64,000 bases of DNA from Eledone cirrhosa (Eukaryota). A program made the translations under genes and the position numbers. Of this stretch, positions 41,985-57,938 are shown piece by piece; position 1 is the stretch's first letter, and each line of letters starts with the position of its first letter. The notes below the pieces were generated by a model, which was given only the letters and a program-made list of their open reading frames with translations, had not been told where the DNA came from and made no database searches. The stretch is taken from the NCBI GenBank assembly GCA_964016885.1, contig OZ024742.1, positions 112,158,001 through 112,222,000 on the forward strand. The letters run 5' to 3'.

Positions 41985-44300
41985 CCCCCTTTAGATGCAG
42001 CAACGTCATCAACAGCCATAGAAACACCAACAACTGCAGAACAACATCAGCAACAACAGAAGCGACAACAACACCAGCAAAACAGCAGTAGAAGCATCTT
42101 GACAATCTCAAATAGCAGAAAGAGCACAAACAGTGAAAAACTCTCAGGGGGCTCCGAATGAAGCCCTCCCTCTTCCCTCCTCTCCCCGTCTCCTCCAAAC
42201 GCTACCACACATACAAGAACTCATATCACAAGGACAAAATCAGCCTCTCCTATATTCCAGAGATATTCAGCACTCTGTTTGTCGCCGGGTCGGTATTCGT
42301 GGTTGACATGTATGCGTTTATTTTGGAGCTGTTGCTGTTGCTTTTACTGTTCTTGTTGCTGCTTATGTCATTGTTGTCACTGCTGTTAATATTAATATTT
42401 GTGTCAATGGTGTTTGTTGTTGTAGTGGTGACGGGGTTGATATTAGTGATGTTGTTATTTTTCATTATGTTTGTTTGTTTTTGATGATCTGCACATGAAA
42501 GACACGGTAAAGATTTTGATTATCGGTAATGCGGGATATTCATATTCATACATTTGTATTGAATGCATTTTGACGTCACTGTTTGTGTTTGCGTTACTGT
42601 TATGTTGCAGCGACCGCTGTTGTTGTACTAAGTTATTTGAGCTGGCGTTAACGAGGGAAATCAACAACATGGTGGTTTGCCCAGAGAAGGGTGTTTAGTG
42701 CCGAATCCATAATTATTAATATAGGGTGGTGATAGGGAAAACGAGACTAGGGGTGAGCTTATTAGAAATCTAGAAGAGTCTTTTTTATGAAAGCAACCTA
42801 ATTGACGTGCTTGTTGCAAGACTGGCACTTGACCAATTAGTCAATGAAAAGAACGAAGTGTGAGTTTCAGAGTTCGGGTGCATGTTCTTAGATACGAGGG
42901 ACGAAAGCCGTATGACGGATACGAATGGCAACAAAGCCACAAACCACTGTTTACAAACCACGACTGATGTGTTCATCTCTTTATCAGCACTTTACTCAAC
43001 GCTTTGGATGCATTGGTCGGCCAGATGATGAGATATACATAATGCCTACCTCGATGACCTTGCGTAGTTTTGGACCACGGATGTGGAGTGGTACGAAAGA
43101 CTGATAACAGCTGCTGAGGTGCTGGTTGCGTTAACTTGATGCACAAAGAGCAAATCAGCTGTTTTTTATGGTTTGCATTAACAGATTTACCTTTACATAT
43201 TGTTACTTGACCTCTTCGCAGACGTCTACTGCAACAGACAGCAAATCAGAAAAATCACAAGTTCTAGGAGCCGTGTAGTGGTGCCGCTGCTAAGAAATAA
43301 CGTGACCAAGAAGAAAATTATTGATACTTGTAGGCACACATCTCTGTTAAATGCAGAGTGGAACATTTGCCGCGTTTTCGTAGAGAATGTGGAAACAACA
43401 TGCAATCACTCCACCAGGTTGTCCTTTCTTGATGCTTTTCTATGTGGCCACGACATCCTTAACTCTTTCTTTACTATGAACAACTTTAGACACCATTCTA
43501 TACACAGGATTTTCCTTAGCCTGTCTTCTTGACGGAGTTGAAGCCCTGTATCAAGCCAACATCGAGAAAGAGAGATAGATAGATAGATAGAGAGAGAGAG
43601 GTTGGAGACTAGAATATTTTTATGCCTTCACAAACGCTGACGATCTATAAAGGGTTAATAGAGTCTAATTGTTACAGAGTTCTTTGGGAAAATCTATGCT
43701 TCGTAAATATCTAGCTTATTTTTACCGGATTATTTCGGTCCAGGATGACCTCCTAGATATTCCTGGCCTGACAGTGATTCCGGGTAGCTTAACCAGTTCA
43801 ATATAAACTATACGGGCGTGAACGTGCCGTCCGTCGATTATGCCTGTGTAGGAGCATTTCTGACTTGTGGGTTTATATCGAACACTTGCTGTCACTTCAA
43901 TGGAGGATCCGAAGATCACCTCACCGGCGAATTTTATCCGATTTGTGGACACTGCAAAAGGGGTAGTGTCGTGGACTCGTCCGAAAAGTTTGAAGAGAAA
44001 TATGTTTGGCTTGACGAAGACCTGATTAACATTTTCAGTTTTCACTTGAAGAGGAGAACGAATATCTGCCTTCCAAAAATGTTGTACAATGGTGGGTGGT
44101 GGAGACGAGCATGGCACTAGTGAATGACATACACTGTGTATGCACCCGTAGAGTGGAGGAGGAAAACTAGGAAAGTGCACATGCCGTACAGTTTAGAGTG
44201 ACCATGCCTTTCTGTGGCTGCCTTCCCATGCGTCCACCGGAAGTCGACCCTATAGGGGAATTTATATTTGAAATTTTAAATGTTTTCCTATTTCTTCTTT
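41985..44300 (+). mobile_element. Tx1/L1-clade LINE copy E, highly degraded and rearranged
   Basis: 42730-43380 and 43500-44290 align with ORF2 and the 3' UTR of copies B and C (DLFADVYCN, SLLNAE, CCCTATAGGGGAATT); ORF1-like low-complexity pieces occur in both orientations at 41985-42700. Confidence 0.7.
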
Positions 44301-44319
44301 TTCTTCGAGGACTTATTCT

Positions 44320-45262
44320 TAATAAGGTCGTGAGAGTGTTGCCTTAAAACATCAGCAGGTACTGCCAGAAGCAACCACCTCCACATATTGGATCCCCAAA
44401 GGAGACTAGCCAAGCTCATGGATGTTATCCAGCATTCATGCTCGGAGTCTACCCCAGGGTTTCCTGCCTCTTGGTTTTACCCGGGAAATCTATCCAGCAA
44501 TTGTTCCCTAACACACTCTAAACACATGCCCATAATATAGGACCTATGATTTCTCTTTTTAATCTCTTGTATTCGGTCATTATCCAATATGTATGTCCAT
44601 AGGTAAGGGTTGTTGAACAGCTTCTCCTGATGTACACAAGTGCATCTGGGAGCGGTGACTAATCTCTTTTAGACTGATGTCTCAAGGGCAATTAAAGTCC
44701 TCTAAAGTGGCAAGGTCGCTGGGGAAGCTGCAGTACTGTTCGGTATCTTAAAAGCCTTAAATTGAGATGGTGTGGGGCTGCCTGGATCTTTGAAAAGGCA
44801 CCGAAGCAAAGGCAATTGGGAGACAAGATAACTTTTTCCAAATACAGAGGGATCTCCTTGATAAACCTCCAAGGTAAAGTCGAGGTTAAGTGTCTGTAAA
44901 AGAGATGCAGGGTGATTGACGTGTCGAAGCTAACCGATGAACAGTTCTGATTTCGCCTTGGATGCTGTACAGCCGACCAAATATTCAAACTGCATCTGTT
45001 TTTTTAGTATTGCTGAAAGTATTGCCAAGAGATATATTTTTGTTTTGTAGACCCCGAAAAGATATATGATCCCGTTCCTCGGGATTTGCTGTGGTAGCTT
45101 CTGCAAGAGTTTGGAGTCGATCGTCAGCGCTTTGTTGCCAATGAAGTCTCTATACAAATCCCCACGTATTTATGTTCGTGTAATTGGTACTATGTTGAAA
45201 CCATTTAATGTAGGTGTAGGACTCCGCCATAGTTGCACACTGTCACCTCTCCTATTTCTGTT
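44320..45262. mobile_element. RTE-clade LINE fragments (3' part on minus 44320-44620; RT part on plus 44700-45262)
   Basis: Plus: DEQF*FRLGCCTADQIF and FNVGVGLRHSCTLSPLLF. Minus: PRGRKPWGRLR. Confidence 0.65.
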
Positions 45263-45390
45263 TTCATTGTTTATGTTAAAAACTTACACACTAAAAACCC
45301 CACTTTACAATCCTGCGTTACGGTATATAGTTTCAGACCTGTACCTTCTAGGTTCAAATATTGCCGAGGTTAGCTTTGCTTTAGTAAAAT

Positions 45391-48300
45391 AGACAGAAAA
45401 AGTGTAAGCTGCCCTCGTTTTAAAACGGTCGCCTATTCAGATCACAAGTTTGTGATCTGTATGGTCGACCTGGATGAGACGCGTAGGTTAGGACCTGGTT
45501 ACTGGAAGCTGAACATGTCATTTCTGGCACGTAAAGCTTACAGAGAAAAGGTTAACAATTTAGTTAAGAACAAGTTGACAGAGGAAGTCGTCAAGAATAG
45601 ATGTTGGGAAGCTCTCAAAATAGAGATTAGAGTAATATCGATAGAGTTTAGCAAAGAAGTAGCGTCAGAGAAAAATAAAAAGGAGGGGGAGTTGGTAGAT
45701 AAGTTAGAATGAGGCTATATGTAGTGGCATTGCAACTAACGTGCTAGCGGCGAGAATGGCATTAGACCATTTCTTCAATGCGAAACACGAAGGTTGCATT
45801 GTCAGAGCTAAGGCGCGTACTCTGAGAAACGAGGGAACCAAAGCTGTTCGATGGGCCCGCATGGCAGAGGCGTAGCTTGGTAATAAAAACACGATTCGGT
45901 CTTTAACGGACCGAGATGGATACAAGCTGAACGATTCCAAGCGTATGTGTGATGCCTTTCGCCAACATTTTGCAAGTTGTTCGGGGTAAATGGCGGGTCA
46001 GAGAGGATGACAGACTTCAGTCCCTACATCGATTGATTGCTGCAACTCTCGACGGCCGACGCTGGGCGCTGCGAAAAGCCGATTACTTCAGCCGAGATTC
46101 GGGATGCCCTTGACGGCTGCATGAGGCGCAAGTCACCCGGTTTGGTTGGACTGCCCTACGAGCTTTACGTAAATATGGCAGATATGTTCTCCAATCTCAT
46201 CGAAGCGCTCTACTGCAACTGGCAGCAGAACGGGTGCATTCCCAGTTCTGTGAGCCGAGGCGTAGTGACGCTGATAAGGAAAAACGAAAACAAGAAGGAC
46301 ACATTAGACAATTTCAGGCCATTAACTCTGCTCAACACAGTTTAAGATTTTGGCCAGGGTGTTAGAGAAGAGGTTGGGGCTTGCCGTCGGGGATTTCGTT
46401 GGGGAGGCGCAAACTTGCGCAATCCAAACAAGGTCCATACACGACAACCTCCACCGGATGCGATATATAATAGAGAAGGTGGGTGTTAACCTGGCTTCAA
46501 TTTAGATCAATCGAAAGCATTCGAAAGGGTCGACCATCGGTACCTGGAGGATGCCCTCAAGGCGGCTGGCTTCGGCCCGGTCATCAGAAGCTGGATCGCT
46601 GCAATGTACAGGGTCACCTGTGGTCAAGATAAATGGCCACCTCTCGGAACCGTTTCATGTCTCCCGATCGGTCCGTCAAGGGTGCCCTCTCTCCTCCCTT
46701 CTCTACGTATGGACTTTCGAACCCTTACTGCGGAAACTGGAGCCGTTGCAGAGCATCCCGCTCGTATCGGGGCACGGAAAGGCTGTGTCTGCTTATGCGG
46801 ACGACATCAGCGTGATGGTGTCGGACACCTCAGAAATCGAGGTGGTCGGCAACTTATTGGATGAATATGAAAGGTTGACGGGAGCAAAACTTAACCTGGA
46901 AAAGTCGGTGGGCTTGCCATTCGGCACCTGGAGAGGCAACTCCATGCCGTCCAACAGCGTCATTAGGCGATGGACGGACGGACCGGTAAAGTTGCTCGTG
47001 GTTTGGTTCTGGCCAGACCTCCAGGTGGATAAGAATTGGGACGAGGTGACGGGCAGCGTAGTCTGTCTCACCCTGAAATGGGCTGCGAGAAAGCTATCGT
47101 TGAAAGGCCGGGATATGTGGCGAAGGTATACATCGCGTCCGTCATCTACTACCGTCTGACCGTCGTCCCTTGCCCCGGTTCGCGCCTCGCCATCTTGGAG
47201 CGGCTCCTCTTCAAAATGTCGTGGAGGAGTCAGGTTCCGCTGGTGAGGCGGTCCATCTGCTGCCAGCACCCTCCACTTGGAGGGCTGGGCATGCCTTGGA
47301 TAATGATGAGCAGACACGCGCTGAAGCTGCAGCATCTCCATATATTCTGCCTAAACGGTGAACAGGTGTGGTCGCCGTTTGTCAGACGGGCCTTTCTGCA
47401 GCTCGTTTCTTTGACTGAGCTGCATCCTGTGTCAAGAAGAGACCGAGACTGGGTGACTGTCATCTGGAATGGTGTCAGGCACTCACTGCCCTCTACCAGT
47501 CGGGCAATGCGGTCAGTGGAACTACACTCTCGAGTACTATAGAGGATTAGTGGTGGGTAGTGCGACGACGCACTCGGAGAGGCTCGGGGAGTCGACGAAG
47601 TCGAACTAACCAGTCTGTTCCGGAGGACTTTCGAGCCGGGGAAGATGGATAATTTCCAAAACTCCCTCGCTTGGCAGTGCTCTCAGGGGGGGGGGGCACT
47701 GCGGATTCGAGATAAGCTGTACAGGCACAGAAGTGCTATCAGACAGACCTGCCCGAGATGCGCGCAGAGCGACGAAACCATTTTGCACGCACTCGTCCAG
47801 TGTCCGTGCATTACTGACATGTGGAGTTATGTCGAACAGCTGTTGTCGCGTGTAGAACGGATCCGGCTATCGGCCGAGTTCATAGTGAAGATCGACCCGC
47901 CACCTTCATTTGGCCAGGAAGGGCAGGAAATTCTCCTCTGTCTGGTGGCAGTAGCGAAAGAGGTTGTATGGTGGACGAAGTTGAAAAGATTGAAGATAGA
48001 AACTTTTCTCTTCGGCCTATCCCTCATCAACTTTTTCAAGTTTTACTTGGAAAGGAAGGTGAGGGTGGAGAGAGAAGTGCTGCACCCCAGTACATTTGCT
48101 GAAAGTTGGGTGAATGTGACGAGAATGGCCCGTGTGAGTGGGCCCACTCTGGTCATGCGGCTGTAGGTGGGTAAATTTGAGGACGAGAGAGGTGCCCCTC
48201 CAGGGTGCACTCGAAGCGTCGGGTCGTTCAGGATTGGTGGGGTACCTGAGCGAACCCTGAGTGGTCATCCCCCCTATTGGGGAATTTTTCTTGTATTTTT

Positions 48301-48426
48301 TTTTGTAACTTTTTTTATTGTTATTCATATTGTTTACTCGATCTTTCTGTAAAACCCCTCTGTCCCAGTCTTTTGTATTGTCCCCTATATTTTGGCCCTT
48401 GTAGCCAATAAATGAAATCATTATTA
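45391..48426 (+). mobile_element. Tx1/L1-clade LINE copy D, 5'-truncated, divergent subfamily
   Basis: YSDHK, GYWKLN, KSPGLVGLP, NFRPLTLLN, VRQGCPLS, AYADDI, CPRC...ETILHALVQC; stop 48166; AATAAA and a short ATT tail. Confidence 0.9.
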
Positions 48427-48441
48427 GTACTGGTGGTTGTT

Positions 48442-48480
<39 letters not shown>

Positions 48481-49625
48481 ATAGTAGTAATAGTAGTAGT
48501 AGCAGTAGTAATAGTAGCAGTGGTGGTGGTGGTGGTTGCGGTGGCGACAGAAGAAGAAGAAGTAGTTCCCAAAAATTACCTCGATTTTTTAGATATTGTG
48601 TTAAAATATTCAATGGAACGACACATTTGATTTGTTTATATAGGTAGATATTTTTAATTTATGCTTGAAAATGACGCCAGGGTATATTGTGCCTTTCATC
48701 CTTATAGGGTTCATCAAATATATAACTGTCCTTAAAATAATGTTCTAGCTAAAACATTTGTACCTGAATCTATTTACTGAACGGGATCATTCAGTTGTTT
48801 ACAATTGTTGTATCTCGCTCTTTGATGATCGCTTAAATCCTTCATAAAAAAAATGTTAATGCATTATTAAAAAAGCTATACCATTGTCTTTCGCCTACGT
48901 TTCTTTCCTTTCCTGTAATGTGCAACTTTATATATATTTAACATTCTTTCTCGTCAGGATACTCATGTAAATTAAATCGAATATATGCTATTATAATGGA
49001 ATTGTCGCAACCATTTATGGTTACCCTCCCTTGACGAATAATGTTTTACACGAGCATGAATCGATATCGTACCGAATGATCATATGCTTTGAATGAATTT
49101 CAAGAATACAAACACAATTTACTTCCTAAAAAATTCGGTTAAATACAATTTTAACAAATTATACATATACGTCTGACAATTAATCTCATTAATAAATGAA
49201 AGTAAGGTGAACAAGTACAGCGTCATTGCCCTATGGAATATTATATATTCATTCTTTTTACTTTATAAATTACCCTTCTTTATTTTTTCCCTATCTATAT
49301 TGACATTCAATTTTATGATAACATTTCATTAAATTATTTCGAATAACATGTTCATACCAACTCTGCTGATATACGGAATTACGGAATTTCAAGATACTTA
49401 AACAAAGTAGTGTTTAATAATAGTTGGAAATATCTAAACTCGTGGATAGAATGTATCAGTTAAAACAGATATTGCTTAAAGTTAATCTCAATGTAAAATA
49501 TCGCCTGGACGCAGTATTTTTGTAACAACACACGTCAGCACTGACAAAAGAGCTGCATATCATGAAGAATATGTTACGGTCGAATGCATCCATTGATGTT
49601 CAAGTAGGCTTTGACAAATAGAAAG

Positions 49626-49684
<59 letters not shown>

Positions 49685-49685
<1 letters not shown>

Positions 49686-50110
49686 TGTTTGGTTAAACGC
49701 GGTGTCGAGCCTTACCAATCGATGCTTGCGCCTTTCAGCTCCAAAGTTGAGTCCAACTTCTTTAGTGGTGGTTTAGGAATTCTGAAATGATGGAGAGAGA
49801 ACGTCTTGCAACTCTTTTATAATCCATCCACCATACTTGAGTTGTGAATAGGTCGTCCTCGACAATAGGTTATCTAGCACATTGAAAACACTCCAAAAAT
49901 CAAGGATTTCAAATTGCAATTTCTGAAACCAAATCAGTTTGAACTCCTGGAAGTGAGGAAAAACCTACTCAAATTAAGAAGCACAGTGGGATTGTCAAAC
50001 CTGAAGTTGTGATATTACTGGCCGACAACGTCTGGAATGCATTATCGATGACACGTGATTGAGAAAATGCACAATGCATTACTTTTTTGAAAGGAAAATG
50101 CGCCATGTTA
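49685..50110 (-). mobile_element. Possible mariner transposase N-terminal remnant
   Basis: WFQK, RGRP and W*...RLT in the order of the mariner WFxRF, GRP and WVPHEL motifs; very degraded. Confidence 0.3.
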
Positions 50111-51434
50111 TGCTGTGGTAACTCTTACTGCTAACAGTTGAAAGTATAAATACCACCATTATACAGACATTATTGCTGACAAATGTTTCTCACATTATTG
50201 TTTTGCATGCAAAATGTAGATTTAAGACAAGTAGATGTACCCCAGATGTGACATCTGACGTCAAACAGCTACATGATAACTAATTCCGTTGACTCAGTAA
50301 TCCTCCCTTTAAAGGTATTTCTCGACCTATTAGTTACCTTTGACGTGGTTAGGATAACTGTATAGTAGTAATCTTGGATAAGACGTAGTACCCGGCTACA
50401 TTTGCCAGATCTCTCTCCAACTACGCATTGCAATTTACTATTTTAATCTTAATATATTATCGGAGTTGCTCCGTGTGGGTAATCTTGTATAGCAAGAGAA
50501 CCTACATCAAGCGTGCTTTCTTGTCTAATTGATACGGCATTTCGCAACTACAATTGACACTACTTTAAACAGTCAGCTACACATCCTTGTTCACAGTGGG
50601 TAAAAAATCTAACTCTTTGATTTGAAACGTAGCGTTGTATTCTATGCTGATGTAACATCGTCTTCGAACAGGGAATTCAGAAATCACACGTCAATGTCGT
50701 ACCTGTATACTGCATCACCATAATAAAATAAAACAACTATTGTTTTTAAATTACCCCTCACTCAGATTGTATCTTTTTGGGGGTTCTGTAACACCTATTG
50801 GTGTGAAGTGTAAGGACGGTATCCACAATGTGATTTTATATCTGTTGCTCATAACAAAATAAGGCACGTTATAGACCAGGCAAGTTATATTTGTATTAAT
50901 TTTATTCAGTGACTGACACGCTTTAACGTTGACAGATTCGACACAGATAAAGAAGGAATCTAGTATGACCGACATATCTCTAGATTCTACTCAGGTTGAT
51001 GTCATCCCATGAATAATTGTTTTAGCTGAAATAATTGACTTGTGTTAGTTTTGACATATAACTTATGTATAATAAGTTTGTCTTCTTTATGCTAATCCTG
51101 AATTTCTGCGTGACATGGTATCCAAATAATTATAGGTTCGATAAATTAGCATTGAATAGAACGTCTTTTTCCCATTACATTTCTTAATCAACCGTATATT
51201 AGATATCATTTCTCAGAACTTTCCACAATGTATTTTAGAATCTAGATATAATATGAAATGAATAACAATCATTTTCTTTAAAGATGAGGTGTTCCTCAAC
51301 CTAAATCATTGTCTGAATGCAAACCTTCCGTCCAATTGACACATTTTTCCTAGCACATAACAAATGTATACTTGTGACTGTATTCTCTGTTTCCACATTT
51401 TATTATTTTTACTTTTAATTTGAAGGGTTAAATA

Positions 51435-51802
51435 TGTGAACTTGAATATCTGGTGATATAAGTTATGTTTATAAATAAACATATTGAGAGCCTTCAACGT
51501 GTATCTTCCAGCCGAGCCAGCCGATACTCTATATGCAAACATGGTTGACAGTCCATGTATATAGGTTACAAAACTATTTGTTTTAGCTTATATTAACTTT
51601 CAGCAACAAGCGATTCGGCAACGTTAGATTGATAACGACCATAGACAGAAATGTTGACGTCATCATCGGTAGCTACCCTTCCATAGCTTTTGCTGGGACA
51701 CACTAGATGGCGCTACGCCATCAGTTTTCAAATTCATAGCTGAAGGTTTTCAAAATGTTTACTTATAAACATACCGTATATCACCAGATATTCAAATTCA
51801 CA
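51435..51802. repeat. Inverted repeat with about 62-bp arms (51435-51497, 51740-51802)
   Basis: TTGAATATCTGGTGATATA versus TATATCACCAGATATTCAA. Confidence 0.7.
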
Positions 51803-52398
51803 CACACACAAACGCACTCACACATACACACACATACACACACACACATATATATGTATATATATATATACGTACCTACATAAACCTAACAAAAATATTT
51901 TGATCTTTCTTCTCCTCCATTTCCTGCGCACATACAACAAATACTTTACCACTGCAACCTCCATGATACTCTTGCTTACCCACATAAAGTGTTTGTATTA
52001 CATGTAACACCCTGCCACACAATAATCATATATAAATGAGACACACATAATTAACGCATACAATAACTACTACATCTGACTAACAAACTATCCTCTTGCA
52101 TTATGTATGTTAACTGCCGAATGTATTTTAATTTTGTTTTAATTTTAATTTTGTTGTAATTTTGATATTGATCTTGACTTTGAATTTGAATTGCTATACG
52201 GAAGTAATATAATATAATATATGTCACTCCACTGTATATCAATATATACATATGTATCTGTATGTCTCTTGCGCTGGAAAGGAGGTCAATTATGTGTACA
52301 AACATTGAAAAATGCTCCGAAGACTCCAAGCCTAGGTTTGGATGAAACAAATGAAAATTAATAAATGCTTTGAACATAGCTTTGATTCTTGTGAATTC

Positions 52399-52443
<45 letters not shown>

Positions 52444-54692
52444 GGATGGAAAACATCCTTCAAACAAAGGTAAATGGTGTTCCTATAGCCTCATTGCCCC
52501 TAGTATTCGGAGTCTGTATTCTATGATGCCATGATGATACATGAGAAGAAAAACGAGAAGTTCAATAATGGTTACAATCTTGAATATTCTTATTGAATAA
52601 TGGTTACATTTCTGAAATATGCTACGTAATACGTATATAGTGAAATGAAAGAACACCCCGCTGGTCTAATGCCATACATATACCAATTAGAATATTCATG
52701 CTTTTGTGCTTGTACCGTATTTCAGATTGAAGAGTTATGGGTTCTGCAGCATGATAGTCCAATTTTATTTTTCTGACTTTGGACGTTGTAAATTATATAT
52801 TCGTTATTGAAAATTAAATAAACTATACATCTTTTTCAACGGTTATACAATGGCACAGTATATTTATACATGCTTATTTCGTCATCAAAATATATACGGC
52901 CGCCTTTTAAACTGAAACATATGTTCTTGTATATTTGTAAAATAGTAATATTTACCAGACCCATCATAAAATCATTCATTACAAATTTGTTTAAATCATA
53001 TATAGATAGACACATACATGTAGCAGAAAAATAAGTATTACGTGATTTATATACCTTAATATTTGATTACATACTCTATTTTGTTTTACTTTCACCAGTG
53101 AAGCCAATGTTAATCGTTACACTACAGGCAGTTCTGACAAAACACACTGTGGGGAGTTAATAAAATGTGATTTTAACTGTGATACGCCTTGGAAACATAT
53201 CAACTTATTTCACTCTGACATAGTAACCGCATTGTCTAGACGTTTGGAGTATCTAGATAAATCCCAGTGAAGATTGCACTAAATTTAAACGCATGACAAT
53301 AATTTTCGTGCAAACTAATAAAGAATATAATTGATTTTTCCCAAAATTGTCTGAATATCGGTAATGGCATAACATGTTATACAACTTAATTTTAATTTTA
53401 CATTTTAACATCTGAAGACATTGGCTTATTTGCTGCTTTAGAAAGAATGAAATAGTTTCTCTAATGAATACATTTCTGGAATACCTAATGGTAAATAGGA
53501 AATAAGAATTTAGATTTCAGTAACTAACCAATCAGCCTTTTTATCATTAATTGGATGGCTCCAATTTTTAGAATGTTGAATATGGAAGTAATTTATAATT
53601 ATTTAGAATCGTTAAACTGAACATTCTCACTCGAAGCGAAATTAATAACGATTGTTACCTATTACGATAATTATGTAAATAACAATTGCCGAACATAATA
53701 TTAAACTTTAACATTTGTGCTCTTATCTAAGTGTATTCAACTGTAAATAGAAATTTAATTTCGCAAGCTCTCGAGAACTCATATGACAATTAAACTCTTA
53801 TTTGATCAAACAAGGAAATGTCCACATAATTACAGAATTGGATAAATATACTACCGTCTTATAAAATAATGAAAAGTTATCCAATGTAGTTCTACATACA
53901 TTACGACCGTAAAAACAAAGACTATTTTGTCATTCGAAACAGTGATCAATGAGTATCTCACAAATGACCACTGCTCAGGACGGCTAAACAATGAACTTTG
54001 ATTTCTATGGAATTTAATAAATGATGTACATTTAGTAATAAATGATAATTACTCTGCATTTAATTTGAAAGATTTTCGAATGTCCAAATCATCCTTGCAT
54101 TAACAGGAAAATATCTATTTGATAAGACAATAGGGATAAGTATCTATGAAATAGGCTTTAAAACAATTTAGCATACATAACACAAATCATTCCTGTATGA
54201 AAAATAGTATTGAATACTGAAAACAAGAGCTCTTTTTGAGAGAAATCTCAATAGAGAAAAACGATCTAATAGAATGTTTGTAAACGATTATAAATGTGGA
54301 GGTAGAAAGAGGAAATGGTAATTTCGGAATTTGCAACCTGGTGGGCTATAATGAAAAAACAATTTGTTTGAATGTAATAATGGATTAAAATTAGTTTCAT
54401 TTATTTATATTATTATTAGTACAATTCTTAATCTGCTGAAGTATCCCTTCTTAGTGATGATTTCAAGGTAGATTATAGTATTTCATTGTAGTATTTAATT
54501 CATTCGTTACTAGATGCCTATATATGCTTCACGTTCAAGAGTTTAGTAGTATTGCCAAGTTTAATATTACTCATATTCAATACGTTTGTTGAGGATCAAT
54601 TATTGAAAAGATTCAGCAGATTATGAATTTTGGAATAACAGGGTTAACACGTGTTTGCTCATGAAAAAATATTTTACTAAGCTGGACAAATA

Positions 54693-55087
54693 AGCCCCTA
54701 GAAATAGAAAAAAAGTGGACAGTGTCGCAGGCGGGAAATGAAAATGCCCCTGTCTTAAACCAGACAACCATATCCCGATTATGTCAAAGCGAGCTACTTT
54801 TTCTCGTTATTTAACCATTATCTACCACTCAGTAAAAGAAACGAGAAATCGTAATTTTTGAAATTACGTTGGAACTTTTAAAGTGAAGCTAACATAGATT
54901 TCGGAATAAATAATACGCTCGACCGTTCAAAAGATAATATTATTCAGCTTTATGCCAATTGCAAATAAGGGAGAAAAACTGTCAGCTCACTCTGTTGTAA
55001 TCGGTAGGAGGGTCATCCGTTATAGGACTGGGGAATGTTCGAGTTTCAAATGCAACAATCTCCATGTTTGCTATTTCTAGGGGCGTG
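54693..55087. mobile_element. Putative MITE
   Basis: Terminal inverted repeats GCCCCTAGAAATAG and CTATTTCTAGGGGC with TA outside. Confidence 0.45.
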
Positions 55088-55099
55088 TAAGCCAAATAT

Positions 55100-57005
55100 A
55101 TTAGACTATTGTCAATAGATCATTCTCGCCACATTCACTCACATTTTAGCTAATGTACTGGGAGTGGGGTGAGAACATCCCTCTTTTCCAACTGAAACCT
55201 GACAATGGTGATGAGGGATTTAACCAAGATTAAATTGTCTTTCTTTGAGACATTCAGCTTCGTCCACTACAGAAACTATTTGGCTACACCCACCAAGCAG
55301 AGGAAATATGACTGCTCGTCCTGACTAAAAGAAAGCTGCGGGGTCTCAATTGATAGCCAAACGCGATAACAGATGTTCGACACAACTCCACAAGACATTA
55401 ATGCATGGACACTGGAGGAGTGCGCGTTGAACGTTTCTCATCGTTCTGCAAGATTCTCTAAAGTCCTTCGGAACAGACTGGTCATTTTTCGTTGACGCCC
55501 AGAGCCTCTCCTAAAGAATTCTTGCACATGTCCACTACAAATCCACTCTAGAACTCAAGAGTGTTAATTCCAGTGACCACATTTCCCGCCTGCAAGAAGA
55601 CAGTGAGCGCCTGATAAAAGTTTAGACGCCATGAACCCAATCTCGGTCTCCTCTTTGCTCAGGAATTCAGCTAGCCCAGTCAAAGAGATCAGCCTTGGAA
55701 ATATCTGTCTCTCAAAAACCGCGACAACACATGTTCACCGATTACGAACATCAGAAGTCACCGTAGCCTCAGTGCTTGCTTGCGCATCATCAACAACGAC
55801 ATGCCCAGCCATCCGCGTTCATGTTTCTGGGAGAAAATAGACATCATCAACAATTGAACCTATCATTTCCATAAGAAGTTGATGCGCAGGTATTCCAATT
55901 TGGTGAGGTGTGAACGGGGAAACGATACGATGGTCTTATGACAAACACAGTGTAAGCTTTCAGCACCTCCATCCAAGCTTTCCGGGATAGCTTCCTTTCG
56001 GCTTAATTTTGGATGAGAGTTCTCAGCCTGCTCGTTACCTCATCCCAGTCCTTATCCACCTGGAGGTCCTGTTCTAACCAGATCTTGTGCAACTTCACCG
56101 GTTCACCCGCCAGATGTTCGACGAGGCTGTCGAACGGCAAGGTTTTGCCTTTCCAGGTGCCGAGCTGCGAACCTACCGACCTTTCCGGATTGAGGTTTGC
56201 TCTCCTAAAACTTTCACATACTTCTAAGAATGTGCCGAACACAGAGATTACCAAAGTGTTCGACGCAAGTACGGTAATGTCGTCCGCATATGCCGACACA
56301 ACCCTTTCACGTCCCGGTTCGCGCAGGATGCCCTGCATCATCTCCATCTTCTACTCGAAATGCTTGAGACTCAATAAATACAGAAGGGAGGACAGATGAT
56401 ACATTTGCCGGACCAATCCCGTGATCTGAAATGGTTCAGAAAGGTGGCCATTTACTTTGACTACGGAGAAGATGCCGCTGTGTATTGAAGCAATCCATTC
56501 TCTGAAGACTGGACCGAAGGCCAGCTCTCTTGAACCCAGTTCCAGATATCAATGTTGCACAATATCGAAAGATTTCGATTGTTCTAAATTACCCATAATC
56601 TCACGGAAACCAGGTTAAAATCTTACTTTGGGGCATCACATGAGGTGTGGATTGTCTTGTAAGTACATGGTCGGTATTGCGTAAGTTTGGGTTTCTGTAC
56701 CAAAACACTCGATGACAAGCGCCAGCCTCTTTGCTAACACATTGCCGAAAATATTACATTCTGTGTATAGCAGGGTTATGGGCATGAACATTTCTAATGT
56801 GCCTCTCTTGCTCTAGGTTTTCTCCATCAGCGGTAATTAACCCAGGCTAACAGAACTGGAAATACAGCCGTTCTGATGCCAGTTTGTGTGGAACATTTCC
56901 AGTGTATTAGATAACACATCTGGCTTATCTACGTAAATCTCGAATGGCAGACTATCCAAAGCCGGTGATTTGCGGCGAGTGCAGACGAACAGGGCATCCC
57001 GAAAT
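55100..57005 (-). mobile_element. Tx1/L1-clade LINE copy F, degraded
   Basis: RRKSPALDSLP, VSAYADDITV, RSVGSQLGTWKGK, DLQVDKDWDEVTSR. Confidence 0.85.
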
Positions 57006-57038
57006 TCGAGTCACGTTATATGTACATATATATATATA

Positions 57039-57888
<850 letters not shown>

Positions 57889-57938
57889 TGTATATATATG
57901 TATATATGTATGTATGTATGTATATATATATACTTATG

